Counted from the first letter of the stretch, positions 48,817 to 58,519 are shown. The stretch: DNA of 64,000 nt from a candidate division FCPU426 bacterium (GCA_963719085.1 CAVRAL010000004.1:96001-160000); one strand, 5' to 3'. Notes: generated from the sequence alone by a model not told the origin. Translations and numbers: made by a program.

Positions 48817-49884
48817 TTACTGCCGGGCTAAGGTCACCGGAATCTTAATGATCGGCTGCTCGGCGTCGTTGGTGACGATATCCAGCTCATCTTCCCCATC
48901 GCTGTTGGCCGGCAGGTTTTGCAGACAATAGACCTCAATCGAGTAGCTGTCCGTTCCGTCCGGCGACGTCGTCTTCTTCACATCCGGGCGGATCAGATGC
49001 TTGAGGCTGCTGACACTGCGGATGGCGAACCCTTGGGGTGAAGCCACCGTAAACTGGATATAAGTGGGCTGTAACTGTTTGGCGCCGAAATAAACCGTTT
49101 TGGGGCTGTATTGCACCCGGCCGACCACTTCGCCTTGCACGGGAATCTCGATGCTCGGTTTTTTAAGATCGTCGGTCTTGACCTCGATATTATCGGAAAA
49201 TTCCCCGATGGGCAGGGTCACCGGCGCCGTGATTTCCAAATCCGCCCCGTAACGATGGGCGGCCTGATCGACGTAAGGCGTAAACACCACGGTCACCTTG
49301 CCCGAGGACGACTGGGCCGAAAGGATGTGCAACAGCCTGTGGGGTTTTCCCAAAATCTTCACCGAATTGGTTTGGGCGGTCTCATGCTTGAGGCCGTAAA
49401 AATAAGAGCGCTCGGGTTGGACATCCACTTCCCGCACCACCGTCATGTCCAGCTGCATTTGGAAGCTGGGATTCACCGGATCGTTGCTGGTAATCGTGAT
49501 GATCTTGGTGGCGTGGCCGGGGCGGCCCTGGGTGTGGTAGGTGGCTTTGATCGTGCCGATGCCGCCGGGCGGCACTTGTTTTTTATCCTCAACGGCGGCC
49601 GTGCAGCCGCAGGAAGTGTGCACGTCGGAAATCACCAAGGTCGACTTGCCGACATTTCGGAAATGAAACTCATGGATGATGTCCGGACCCTCGTCAACGT
49701 TGTGAAAATCAAACTTGGGATGGGCGCAATAAATTTTGGGCCCCGCCGCTGGATTGGGCGCGGCCGTGGACACCGGCGTGACAGCCGACGACGTGGACGC
49801 CAGTAACGCCCCGGAAGGCGGAACTTGGGCCCCCAGGGCCATCGGAAATAGGAATAGGGCCGCCAACCACTTGAACCGTTTCAT
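48817..49884 (-). CDS. exported DUF1573 domain protein
   Basis: Signal peptide; F.F.N.G..L.I..V.TSCGCTA motif; repeated TDD/TND Ig-like modules. Confidence 0.88.
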   Translation of the reverse strand: MKRFKWLAALFLFPMALGAQVPPSGALLASTSSAVTPVSTAAPNPAAGPKIYCAHPKFDFHNVDEGPDIIHEFHFRNVGKSTLVISDVHTSCGCTAAVEDKKQVPPGGIGTIKATYHTQGRPGHATKIITITSNDPVNPSFQMQLDMTVVREVDVQPERSYFYGLKHETAQTNSVKILGKPHRLLHILSAQSSSGKVTVVFTPYVDQAAHRYGADLEITAPVTLPIGEFSDNIEVKTDDLKKPSIEIPVQGEVVGRVQYSPKTVYFGAKQLQPTYIQFTVASPQGFAIRSVSSLKHLIRPDVKKTTSPDGTDSYSIEVYCLQNLPANSDGEDELDIVTNDAEQPIIKIPVTLARQ

Positions 49885-49971
49885 AAAAACCTCGCCTTTG
49901 AATATTTTCACTGAATGAGGGAAGAAAACCGGAATAAGCCGGAGTTTACCATATTCCCATTTTGGGATGCA

Positions 49972-50895
49972 TCAAAAAACTCCCCAGAAAACCCCGAAAC
50001 CCAGCGCCGCCCAGGCCGCGCGGCCATGCCAACTGGGATCCAACAAATCCCGCCGAAGGGATTCAAACCCGAACCCGGCTGCCCAAACCCAAATCCAACT
50101 AATCCCCCCGATTTCGGCGGTCCGGCCCAGGAAAGATTGGTTCAAAACCAAATAGCCCAGGGTTAAAAGCCCCACGCTCCCTAAAGCCGACCGATGGGTT
50201 CCCTTCCGGGGGAAAGCCGCCCAACCCAGAAAAATGAACAGTCCGAAGACCAGGTATTTTTTTTCCACGAACCACTCGTAAAAATCCAACCCATTCCATT
50301 GAACCTGGGTCCAGGCCCGGGTCGCCCCCAGCAGGAGGATGAAAACGACCGCCCCGCCCCACCGGGCCCAAACCACATTTTTAAAAAGTCCGGGCCGCGC
50401 CCGCAAAAATACCAGGCCTAAAAAAAGCGTCTGGGGCCAAACCAGGACCAAACCAATCCAGCCCGGAACGAGGCCCGGCAAAAGTTTTTTTCCGTCACTC
50501 TTCCATCCCATCCAAAAAACCAATCCCAGGAATAATACGATCGAAAACCAGTCCCGCAAGGGCGCTTCCACGCATAGACGCCACTCGGCATGGGAAAGGG
50601 CCAGCCAGGCCAGGGGAAAAAGGGACAGGGTGGAAAAAGCCTTGGGCCATAAACCTCGCGCCAGTGAAAAATAAGCCGCCGCGGCCAGGCCCAGCAAGGC
50701 CAAACCCTTGGCCCAAGCTTCCAGGGCATCGGACAAACTGAAAGCCACCGGCGCTTGGCGCCAAAACAGAAAAGTCCAAAGGCCCGACGCCAATAACAAA
50801 TAGAGCCATGAATAGGGAAGGCGGTTTTCGCGGAGCGGTCGACGGCGGGCCGAAGAGGTCATGGCCGATTTTAACAAGGCCCCTGTCGTTTCCAA
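49972..50895 (-). CDS. hypothetical polytopic membrane protein
   Basis: About 9 hydrophobic Trp/Leu-rich segments; start uncertain. Confidence 0.65.
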   Translation of the reverse strand: METTGALLKSAMTSSARRRPLRENRLPYSWLYLLLASGLWTFLFWRQAPVAFSLSDALEAWAKGLALLGLAAAAYFSLARGLWPKAFSTLSLFPLAWLALSHAEWRLCVEAPLRDWFSIVLFLGLVFWMGWKSDGKKLLPGLVPGWIGLVLVWPQTLFLGLVFLRARPGLFKNVVWARWGGAVVFILLLGATRAWTQVQWNGLDFYEWFVEKKYLVFGLFIFLGWAAFPRKGTHRSALGSVGLLTLGYLVLNQSFLGRTAEIGGISWIWVWAAGFGFESLRRDLLDPSWHGRAAWAALGFGVFWGVF

Positions 50896-50965
50896 AGCCT
50901 AAACCCAAAGGACTTGAACCCTTTTTATTTTGATTTTGCCGTGATTCAACGGGTAAGATACCCGC

Positions 50966-52117
50966 ATGAATTGGAAACAGTGGACGGGACTTCTCCTATT
51001 TTTAATGACGCCTTCCCTCTCGCCGGCGCAGGACGCGCGCAGTTTCGCCATTGGGGGCGCCGCGGTCGGCGGCTCCAACGGCCCCTTCTCGGTTTATTGG
51101 AACCCCGCGGGGCTCGCGCTCCCCGGACCCGCCGGCGTGGCATGGTCGGTCAGCACGGGTTATTCGGCTTTCAACACCAGCAATTCCAACTCGCCGATTT
51201 TACGGTTTAATTCCCAGGCCGCCCTCGCTTCGAGTCAAGACCCCATCTCCCAATCCCTCCAAGACTTAGGGCTCGTCGCCGTTCAATACATGTCTTACGG
51301 CGGGGGCGTGCTTTATGACCACGAGTTGAATACGGTTGAGTCCCATGGCGCCTATCAATTTTTTCAAGACCGTCAAAACAATACCCTCGCCGCCACCCCC
51401 TACCAATTGAACGACCAGCAGACGGATCAGGATGTTGAAACATTGATCTTGAGCTACTCCATGCCCCTGCCCTTATCGACCTTCCAGTTTGTATCCGCCG
51501 CCTTCAGCTTGAAATACAATTACGGAAACTCCTTCAACCAAACCTCCCTCAGCGGCTCCTTTACCCAAGGAGTCGGCGGACCCTATACCTACACCAAAAC
51601 CACCTCGACTTCGGGGCTGGGATTAAGTACGGACCTGGGTTTTATCGGCAAGTTGAACGACGCGTTGCAAGTGGGCGTGATGATGCAAAACCTGACTTCG
51701 TCCTTTAATTGGTCCGCCCAACAGCAAAGTTATAGCTTGGACTCAACCACCGGCCAGGAATCCGCCTCGGGGCCCGCCACGAACATCACCGTCTCCGCGC
51801 CCTTCCCCTATACGGTGAAGATTGGCGTCTTGGCCCAGCCCACAGGAACCGACACCGTCTTGAACGGCGAGGTGGACTTCGTGAACCATCAAACCCACTG
51901 GAAAGCCGGGTTGGAACGCTATTACCCCGCGAACAATTTGGTCGTGCGTTTGGGAACCTTTAATGATGAAGTTTCCGGAGACCAGCTGTGGACCATTGGC
52001 GCGGGGTTTTATACGTTGAGATTCAACCTGGACGCGTCCTTGGTGACCCGCAGCGTTCCCAATGTGGAAGATTCTGTCGCCCTCGGCGGCGCCCTGAGCG
52101 GCTCGTTTAGGTTTTAA
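50966..52117 (+). CDS. outer-membrane beta-barrel, PorV/FadL/TraF-like
   Basis: Signal peptide; ARSFAIGGA..YWNPAGLA plug motif; terminal YTLRFNLDAS..LSGSFRF. Confidence 0.8.
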   Translation: MNWKQWTGLLLFLMTPSLSPAQDARSFAIGGAAVGGSNGPFSVYWNPAGLALPGPAGVAWSVSTGYSAFNTSNSNSPILRFNSQAALASSQDPISQSLQDLGLVAVQYMSYGGGVLYDHELNTVESHGAYQFFQDRQNNTLAATPYQLNDQQTDQDVETLILSYSMPLPLSTFQFVSAAFSLKYNYGNSFNQTSLSGSFTQGVGGPYTYTKTTSTSGLGLSTDLGFIGKLNDALQVGVMMQNLTSSFNWSAQQQSYSLDSTTGQESASGPATNITVSAPFPYTVKIGVLAQPTGTDTVLNGEVDFVNHQTHWKAGLERYYPANNLVVRLGTFNDEVSGDQLWTIGAGFYTLRFNLDASLVTRSVPNVEDSVALGGALSGSFRF

Positions 52118-52135
52118 AAGAAGCTTAAAACAACA

Positions 52136-52559
52136 TTTCACCGCCAAGACGCTCCCGGCGGCCTTTCAGGCCAATTGGCCGGGACAGATCGCCTTCTTAT
52201 CGTTTTTAGGGATGGGTGATGCAAGTTCGCCAAGAAAAACTTAGATAATAAATATACGAAACTATGCCTTTGACGAAGCAGGCAAGGCCCGCCTTTTGAA
52301 ACAATGATAAATGCCGATGAAGACTGATGTTTGAAATATAAAAATCGGGCCTTATCAGCCTCCGCGTCGCTTTTCCATATAACCGTTAGGGGAAAGCGAT
52401 ATTGTCCCGGGCCTCTTTGACTTTGATATGGAATCCCGGGGCATCAATGCTTGAACAGGTCTTGCTTTGCGAAGTGAACGATGGCGTAAATATAATTTTT
52501 GAGGCCCATTAAGAACTAAATTCTTTTGTTTCGGGTTTTCTTGGCGTCTTGGCGGTAAA
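52136..52559. mobile_element. long CGCCAAG-family inverted-repeat element with interrupted left arm and ~300-bp interior
   Basis: tttcaccgccaagacgc [69-bp insert] caagttcgccaagaaaa ... ttttcttggcgtcttggcggtaaa. Confidence 0.6.
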
Positions 52560-52564
52560 GAGCT

Positions 52565-53659
52565 TTAGCTTTTTCTTCGGCCGGCCATGTCCGCTCCCAC
52601 GGCCAGGATCAGGATGCTTCCTTTCAGGATCGGCTGCCAAAAAGCCTCGGTGTTCATCAGGCCCATGCCGTTATCCAGCGACGCCATGACCAAGGCCCCT
52701 AAAAGCGCGCCCCAGACCGATCCCCGGCCTCCCATGAGCGAAGTCCCGCCGATGACCGCCGCCGCGATGGCGTCCAGCTCCATCATGTGGCCCGCGTCCG
52801 AGGTGGCCGCCCCCACCCGGGCCGTCAGCACAATTCCAGCCACGCCGGCCAAAGCGCCCATCAGGGTAAAAACCAAAACCAAATGCTGTTTGATATTGAT
52901 GCCGGAGTAAAAAGCCGCTTCCCGGTTCCCGCCGATGGCGTAAAGATGACGGCCGTAAGGCGTTTGAAGCGCCACGACCGACAAGCCCCCCGTTAAAACC
53001 AAAAGAAGAAGCACGGGAATGGGGATCCCCTCATAGGCGTTTAAAACCGCCGTGAAACCGGTGGCCAAAACGAATAGCCCCGTCCACTTCCAACGGGTTA
53101 AAGTTTTCTCTTTAAAAAATCGCCCGATAAAAAACAAATCCAGCAAGAAGGTCAAACCCCAGCCGATTCCTTTGGGCAAAAAAGCCTGGCCAATGACCAA
53201 AAAATCAGGCGTGGGACTGACCGCCACGCCGCCCGTCAATCCCAAAAGGCTTCCTTGAAAAATAAGCATCCCCCCTAGGGTCACAATGAAAGGCGGAAGG
53301 TTGAACCAGGTTACCAAATGGCCCTGGAGGTGGCCGAACAGGGCGCCGGCGAGAATCGTCGCGGCGAAAGCAAGGCCCAAGGGCCAGCCTAGGTTCACGA
53401 AAAGCAAGGCCGCCAGCGCCCCCAAAAAGCCCGTCATGGCGCCCACCGAAAGATCGATTTGTCCCGCCACAATCACCAGCACCATGCCGGAAGCCAGGAT
53501 TCCCGTCACCGCCATTTGCCGCATCAGCAAAGAAAGGTTCCGGGGCGACAAAAAGGTGCCGTCGGTGCCGATAGAAAAAATGATCCAAATGACCAACAAA
53601 GCCCCCACCATGGTCAAGGCCCGCCAGGGGATGGATTGCTTCCAGTTGGATTCGATCAT
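52565..53659 (-). CDS. xylH: xylose/monosaccharide ABC transporter permease
   Basis: IDLSVG, PPFIVTLG, GRHLYAIGGN.EAA, ELDAIAAAVIGGTS. Confidence 0.85.
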   Translation of the reverse strand: MIESNWKQSIPWRALTMVGALLVIWIIFSIGTDGTFLSPRNLSLLMRQMAVTGILASGMVLVIVAGQIDLSVGAMTGFLGALAALLFVNLGWPLGLAFAATILAGALFGHLQGHLVTWFNLPPFIVTLGGMLIFQGSLLGLTGGVAVSPTPDFLVIGQAFLPKGIGWGLTFLLDLFFIGRFFKEKTLTRWKWTGLFVLATGFTAVLNAYEGIPIPVLLLLVLTGGLSVVALQTPYGRHLYAIGGNREAAFYSGINIKQHLVLVFTLMGALAGVAGIVLTARVGAATSDAGHMMELDAIAAAVIGGTSLMGGRGSVWGALLGALVMASLDNGMGLMNTEAFWQPILKGSILILAVGADMAGRRKS

Positions 53660-55188
53660 GAGGCCTTCGCTTTTCCGGGAGCGGCCGTGGCCGCCACCAT
53701 TATTTTTTCGGCCGTCGCCGATTTGGCGTCAAAAAAGCCGACGGCTTTGCCTTGGTTCAAAACTAAAATCCGGTGGCTCAAACCCAATAATTCCGGAAGA
53801 TCGGACGAGGCCATCACAATGGCCATGCCTTCTTGGGTCAAGCGGCCCAATAAATCATAGATCTCAGCCTTGGCGCCCACGTCAATCCCCCGGGTGGGCT
53901 CGTCGAGCAATAAGACTTTCGGAGTGGTTAAAAACCATTTTCCCAAAACGACTTTCTGCTGGTTCCCGCCGGAAAGCTGATTGGCCAAAGCCGAAAGCCC
54001 CCGGGTTTTGATGTGAAGGTCCAAAACCTCTTTTTCGCAGGAAACATCCACCGCTTCCCCATCCAAAAGCCCCTTGCGGGTGAGCTGGGATAAAACCGCC
54101 AAAACCAAATTTTCCCGCACGGTGGATTCCAACACCAAACCATAACGTTTGCGGTCCTCACTGACTAAAGCGATTTTTTGACGGATGGCTTGGGCCGGAT
54201 GGGTGAAAGGCGGGAAGGCCGAGCCTCCCATTTCAATCGTACCGGTAATTTTTCCACGGGCCACTCCAAAGAGGGCGCTCAAAAGGGCCGTGCGGCCCGA
54301 TCCCATCAATCCCCCGAGTCCTAAAATTTCCCCGGCCTTCACCTCAAAGGAAATATCGTCCAATATTTTCCGATCCTGTGCCTGAGGATCGGCGAGCCCC
54401 AAGTTTTTGACGGATAAAAGAATTTCGCCTTCGCGCGCCGGGGGCCGGGGATAAAAGGTATTCACTTCCCGCCCGACCATGTCGGCGATAATTTTGTCTT
54501 TTGGCATTTTGGAAATCACGCCCGTGGAGACCGACTTACCATCGCGCAAAACCGTGACCCGGTCGGCGATTCGGGCCACTTCTTCCAATCGGTGGCTGAT
54601 ATAAACAGCCGAAACGCCCTTTTGGCGAAGCTGACTTAAGAGATCAAGTAATCGCTTGGAATCGCTTTCGGTGAGGGCCGCCGTGGGCTCATCCAAAACC
54701 AAAAGCCGGGCGTCTTTGGCGAGGGCCTTGGCGATCTCCACCATCTGCTGTTGGCCCACGCCCAAGTCCTTAACCGGTGTATGGGGATCGACCGTTAGAC
54801 CTACTTTTTCTAAAGCCCGGCGGCAGTTTTGTTCCGCCACATCCTTTTGAAGAAACCCAAACCGGGAAGGTTCTTGGCCTAAGCTCATGTTTTCGATCAC
54901 CGAAAACTCGGGAACCAAGGCCAGTTCCTGGGCGATCAAAGCCAATCCCACTTTTTCCGAATCCTGGAGCGACTTAAAAGCGATCTTTTCCCCTGAAAGC
55001 AATATTTCCCCGCCGTAGGAACTGGCCGGGTGGTAGCCGCATAAAATTTTGATAAGGGTGCTTTTACCCGCGCCATTTTCCCCGCAAAGCGCGTGGATCT
55101 CGCCGGGGTTTAGGTCAAAGCTGACGCCATCCAGCGCGCGGACGCCGGGGAAATCTTTGGTGATGTTTTTCAGTTCAAGCAGGGCCAT
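53656..55188 (-). CDS. xylG: xylose/monosaccharide ABC transporter ATP-binding protein
   Basis: GENGAGKST, two NBDs, LSGGNQQKV, DEPTRGIDVGAK. Confidence 0.88.
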   Translation of the reverse strand: MALLELKNITKDFPGVRALDGVSFDLNPGEIHALCGENGAGKSTLIKILCGYHPASSYGGEILLSGEKIAFKSLQDSEKVGLALIAQELALVPEFSVIENMSLGQEPSRFGFLQKDVAEQNCRRALEKVGLTVDPHTPVKDLGVGQQQMVEIAKALAKDARLLVLDEPTAALTESDSKRLLDLLSQLRQKGVSAVYISHRLEEVARIADRVTVLRDGKSVSTGVISKMPKDKIIADMVGREVNTFYPRPPAREGEILLSVKNLGLADPQAQDRKILDDISFEVKAGEILGLGGLMGSGRTALLSALFGVARGKITGTIEMGGSAFPPFTHPAQAIRQKIALVSEDRKRYGLVLESTVRENLVLAVLSQLTRKGLLDGEAVDVSCEKEVLDLHIKTRGLSALANQLSGGNQQKVVLGKWFLTTPKVLLLDEPTRGIDVGAKAEIYDLLGRLTQEGMAIVMASSDLPELLGLSHRILVLNQGKAVGFFDAKSATAEKIMVAATAAPGKAKAS

Positions 55189-55230
55189 GGGTGAATATTA
55201 TGCCCTTTTTCGGGAACCGGGTCCCCAAAA

Positions 55231-55280
55231 ACAAAAAGCCCGACCCGCTCCCCCGAAGGGGGCGGGCCGGGCTTTTTTGT
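55231..55280 (-). terminator. intrinsic terminator between the barrel genes and xylG
   Basis: Minus strand AAAAAGCCCGGCCCGCCCCC-TTCG-GGGGAGCGGGTCGGGCTTTTT. Confidence 0.85.
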
Positions 55281-55294
55281 CCCTGATGGAATTG

Positions 55295-55951
55295 TTAGAG
55301 ATTGAGAATCAAACCCGCTTGGACCGGAACATAACGGGTAGGCATATCAACTGAATACCCCACCGTCCAATCGGCCAAAGCCGCGCCTGAAAAGACAAAG
55401 GATTCTTTGGCCTGGGCGAAAACGCTGAAATCATCCGTCATCGCGTACTCTAAACCAATTCCCGCTTGTAAAAGGAAATCAGTCGTCATGCTCTGCTCAG
55501 CATAGTTATGGTAAGGCGGTGTGTAATAAGTGGTGTACTTGTAACCCGCCACGTCAACTGCAGCCCCAGGCCCGAAGAAAACATAGGGGCTGAACCCGCC
55601 CTTGAAAATCCGATATTTCATCAGAAGGGCGATTTCCGTGGTATTCCAGTAATACACATAACCCGACGCTGAAGTATCGTCTTTGGCATCAAACTCATGC
55701 CATTCCAAATCGGCCAGGATGGAAAGTTGCGGGGTGATCTTATACCCAACCGCTCCCCCATAATTATAGCCGGTTTTAAAGCCCCCATCGCTGTAACCGG
55801 GAGATCCGTCGGAAAAATTTTTACTGATCGGAAGGCTCAACCCACCCTCAACTTGAAATTCCCATTTTTTGGCATCTGCACTGGTCGAATCTTGCGCCAA
55901 GGCCAGGGAAGCGGTCGACATGAAAAGCAAGGCAAACAATAATTTTTTCAT
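55295..55951 (-). CDS. small outer-membrane beta-barrel protein (OmpA/Ail-like)
   Basis: MKKLLF..ALA signal; GYNYGGAVGY, FSPYVFFG, QAGIGLEY, VPVQAGLILNL. Confidence 0.85.
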   Translation of the reverse strand: MKKLLFALLFMSTASLALAQDSTSADAKKWEFQVEGGLSLPISKNFSDGSPGYSDGGFKTGYNYGGAVGYKITPQLSILADLEWHEFDAKDDTSASGYVYYWNTTEIALLMKYRIFKGGFSPYVFFGPGAAVDVAGYKYTTYYTPPYHNYAEQSMTTDFLLQAGIGLEYAMTDDFSVFAQAKESFVFSGAALADWTVGYSVDMPTRYVPVQAGLILNL

Positions 55952-55968
55952 TATCCCTTCTCCTTTTG

Positions 55969-56562
55969 TTAAATGTGGAAATCAACGCCGACTTGAATCG
56001 GCACATAGGCGAGCTGTTTATCCAGCCCCCAATAATTCGCCACGTTCTTGTCCCACCAGACGAAAGAAGCCTTGGTCTGGGCAAAAACGCTCAATTGATC
56101 ATCAACCGGCAGATTGACTCCTACACCGCCATCCACCAGGAACCCGCTAGAGTAGTAATCATAAAAATAACCGTCATAGTAATGCTCGTTGTACGTTAGG
56201 AAAGACACGCCCGATCCGACAAAAACATAAGGCCGAACAGGTCCCGTCGGAAGCATGTACTTCACTTCTAATCCCAACTCATTTGAAACGACTTGGTCAT
56301 TGTAGTAATAGTCGTCGGTAGCGAAATTGGCGCTTACATTGTGGGATTCCAATATCGCCATCACCGAAATTTGATCATCTACCCGGTAACCAATTCCAAC
56401 GCCGAAGTTATACCCATAAGTACTGTGTCTGGCGAACTGATAGCTCGTCGGGATATCGACACCCGATAACAGTTGAACCTCCAACTTTGACGTGAAGTCA
56501 TCAGCAAAAGCAGCCGATGCCGCCACCATCAAGAACGAAACAAAAAACGCAATCTTTTTCAT
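55969..56562 (-). CDS. small outer-membrane beta-barrel protein, paralogue of its neighbour
   Basis: MKKIAF..AFA signal; GYNFGVGIGY, VRPYVFVG, SVFAQTK, YVPIQVGVDFHI. Confidence 0.85.
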   Translation of the reverse strand: MKKIAFFVSFLMVAASAAFADDFTSKLEVQLLSGVDIPTSYQFARHSTYGYNFGVGIGYRVDDQISVMAILESHNVSANFATDDYYYNDQVVSNELGLEVKYMLPTGPVRPYVFVGSGVSFLTYNEHYYDGYFYDYYSSGFLVDGGVGVNLPVDDQLSVFAQTKASFVWWDKNVANYWGLDKQLAYVPIQVGVDFHI

Positions 56563-56750
56563 GTTTGCTCCCTTTCTTGTTTTCGACAACGGGCGAAAGC
56601 TTAACAAAAATTCATTAGGAAGAAAAACGATTTTTTTAAAAAAGTTACAAAAAAAGAATATTTTCTTGACAGGATCCGAAGTGGGAAAAATTTACCCACC
56701 TTTCATCCGCCAAAAAATAAAACCGCCCAAACATTGTCAAACAGAATGCG

Positions 56751-57758
56751 TTATTTGGAATAAACGCTTTCTTTCTTTTGGTAACCGTCGGCGATTACGG
56801 TGGAATCCAGATTCGATTTATCGACTTGGATTGGGTCCAGAAGAATGGAGGGAATGTCGGCTTTGCCATTGTTGACCGTCGTGGTCTTGTCGGCCAACGG
56901 CTGTTTTTGCGCCAGAGCCACGGCCAGCTCAGCCGCTTTTTCCGCCAGTTTTTGGATCGGTTTATAAACTGTCATGCTTTGGGTCCCTGCCGCGATACGT
57001 TGGCAACCGGCCAGATCCGCGTCCTGACCCGAAACCGCGACTTTCCCGGCGAGATTCTGCTCGCCCAAAGCCTGCAGGGCGGCGCCGGCCAAGGTGTCAT
57101 TGGCGGCCACCACGGCGTCGATCTTATTGTTGTTTTGGGTCAAGGCGTTCTCGGTGATTTTAAGCCCATTCACCGCCGTCCAATCGTTGGCCCATTGATC
57201 GGCCACAATTTTGATGTCTCCCCGCTTTACCGCAGGCCCTAAGATCGACATCTGACCGTCGTGGAAAAGATGGGCGTTATTGTCCGTCGGCGCGCCTTCC
57301 ACCAATAAATAATTACCTTTGGGTTTTTCCTTCAGCAAATAATCCGCCTGCAGTTGGCCTACTTTGAAATTGTCGAAGGAAACGTAAAGATCCACATCGC
57401 TGTCACGGATCAACCGGTCGTAGGAAAGCACCGGAACACCCGCCTTGTGGGCGGCTTCCACAATCGTCGCCGCGCTTTTGGCGTCATGCGGAACCACGAC
57501 TAATACCTGGACGCCTTCGGTTAAAAGGTCTTCCGCCTGCGAATTTTGTCGAACCGCGTCATTGTCGGCCGCTTGTACCAGCACCTGGGCGCCGAGTTCC
57601 TTGGCCTTAGCCGTAAAAAAATCCCGGTCATGCTGCCAACGCTCTTCCTTAAGGGTATCGAGCGACAAACCGATTTTGATTTTAGCCGGGCCTGACTTAG
57701 CGCACCCCCCCAAAAACACCATCGCCGATAAAACCAATACCCAGAACTTTACTCTCAT
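56751..57758 (-). CDS. xylF: D-xylose ABC transporter substrate-binding lipoprotein
   Basis: Lipobox LGGC; EERWQHD, SYDRLI, SFDN, GAPTDNNA, SGQDAD, MTVYKP. Confidence 0.9.
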   Translation of the reverse strand: MRVKFWVLVLSAMVFLGGCAKSGPAKIKIGLSLDTLKEERWQHDRDFFTAKAKELGAQVLVQAADNDAVRQNSQAEDLLTEGVQVLVVVPHDAKSAATIVEAAHKAGVPVLSYDRLIRDSDVDLYVSFDNFKVGQLQADYLLKEKPKGNYLLVEGAPTDNNAHLFHDGQMSILGPAVKRGDIKIVADQWANDWTAVNGLKITENALTQNNNKIDAVVAANDTLAGAALQALGEQNLAGKVAVSGQDADLAGCQRIAAGTQSMTVYKPIQKLAEKAAELAVALAQKQPLADKTTTVNNGKADIPSILLDPIQVDKSNLDSTVIADGYQKKESVYSK

Positions 57759-57784
57759 GAACGCCTCCCTGTTGTGAACATAAA

Positions 57785-58519
57785 TTATTTTTTCATTAGA
57801 TTGTTAAACGCGTCCCCCATCAATCCCTGGGCAATACCGTAGTAGTTGTCGGTGCTTCCATCGGTCGTCGTAATTGTATTTGCCTGCCAAAGCGTGCTTC
57901 CATCTTTCGCGGAGATAAGAAAAAATTCCAAAGCGACCGCCGCCTGCCGGCCCCGATTCTTGAACAAGTTTAGATCCTGTTCAATGATGGAGCGTCTTCC
58001 CCAATAGTTGATGTTCTGACCATCCTGGGATTCCCGGATATCGATCGAGAAGGCGAATTCAGCATAATAATCAATGAGGACGATCAAAATATAAGGCGGG
58101 TATCCGCAAAATTGGGAGATTTGGGGGTTGTAGAGATATTTGGCGGGGTTTAACACATGCATCAAAAGAGCCTTTTGATAGGTTTCATTGAACGCGACTG
58201 GATTCAACGACAGATTCATTTCCGCGGCTTTTTCTTGAAGAGCTCGGTCTGTTTCGTTAACCGCCTGGCTTTTATCCGCCACGAAATAAGCCCGGTCTGT
58301 TTTCATTCCTAAAAATTCGCGCTGCGCGGGGACCAAATATCTCGTATCGGATCCGTTCGCGTGGACCCGTAAAGGGCTGAAATAGCTGCCCATATAGGCG
58401 ATGGTTCCATTAGGAACGTCAAACCCCGGCGCCCGGCTGTAAAACGAATTTCCAAGGACCCGATTGGGGATAAAAGCTCCTGAAACTAAAAACGTCAATA
58501 ATACCGTCAATATCTTCAT
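57785..58519 (-). CDS. hypothetical exported protein
   Basis: MKILTVLL.. signal-like start at 58519; C-terminal 'FFLISAKDGSTLWQ' resembles the CsgG/LpoB-like fold. Confidence 0.65.
   Translation of the reverse strand: MKILTVLLTFLVSGAFIPNRVLGNSFYSRAPGFDVPNGTIAYMGSYFSPLRVHANGSDTRYLVPAQREFLGMKTDRAYFVADKSQAVNETDRALQEKAAEMNLSLNPVAFNETYQKALLMHVLNPAKYLYNPQISQFCGYPPYILIVLIDYYAEFAFSIDIRESQDGQNINYWGRRSIIEQDLNLFKNRGRQAAVALEFFLISAKDGSTLWQANTITTTDGSTDNYYGIAQGLMGDAFNNLMKK

Noticed and set aside
52140..52509. Selenocysteine or readthrough gene in the single-TGA frame
   Set aside because: No recognisable protein motif or SECIS-like hairpin, and the frame runs into repeat DNA; kept only as a possible remnant
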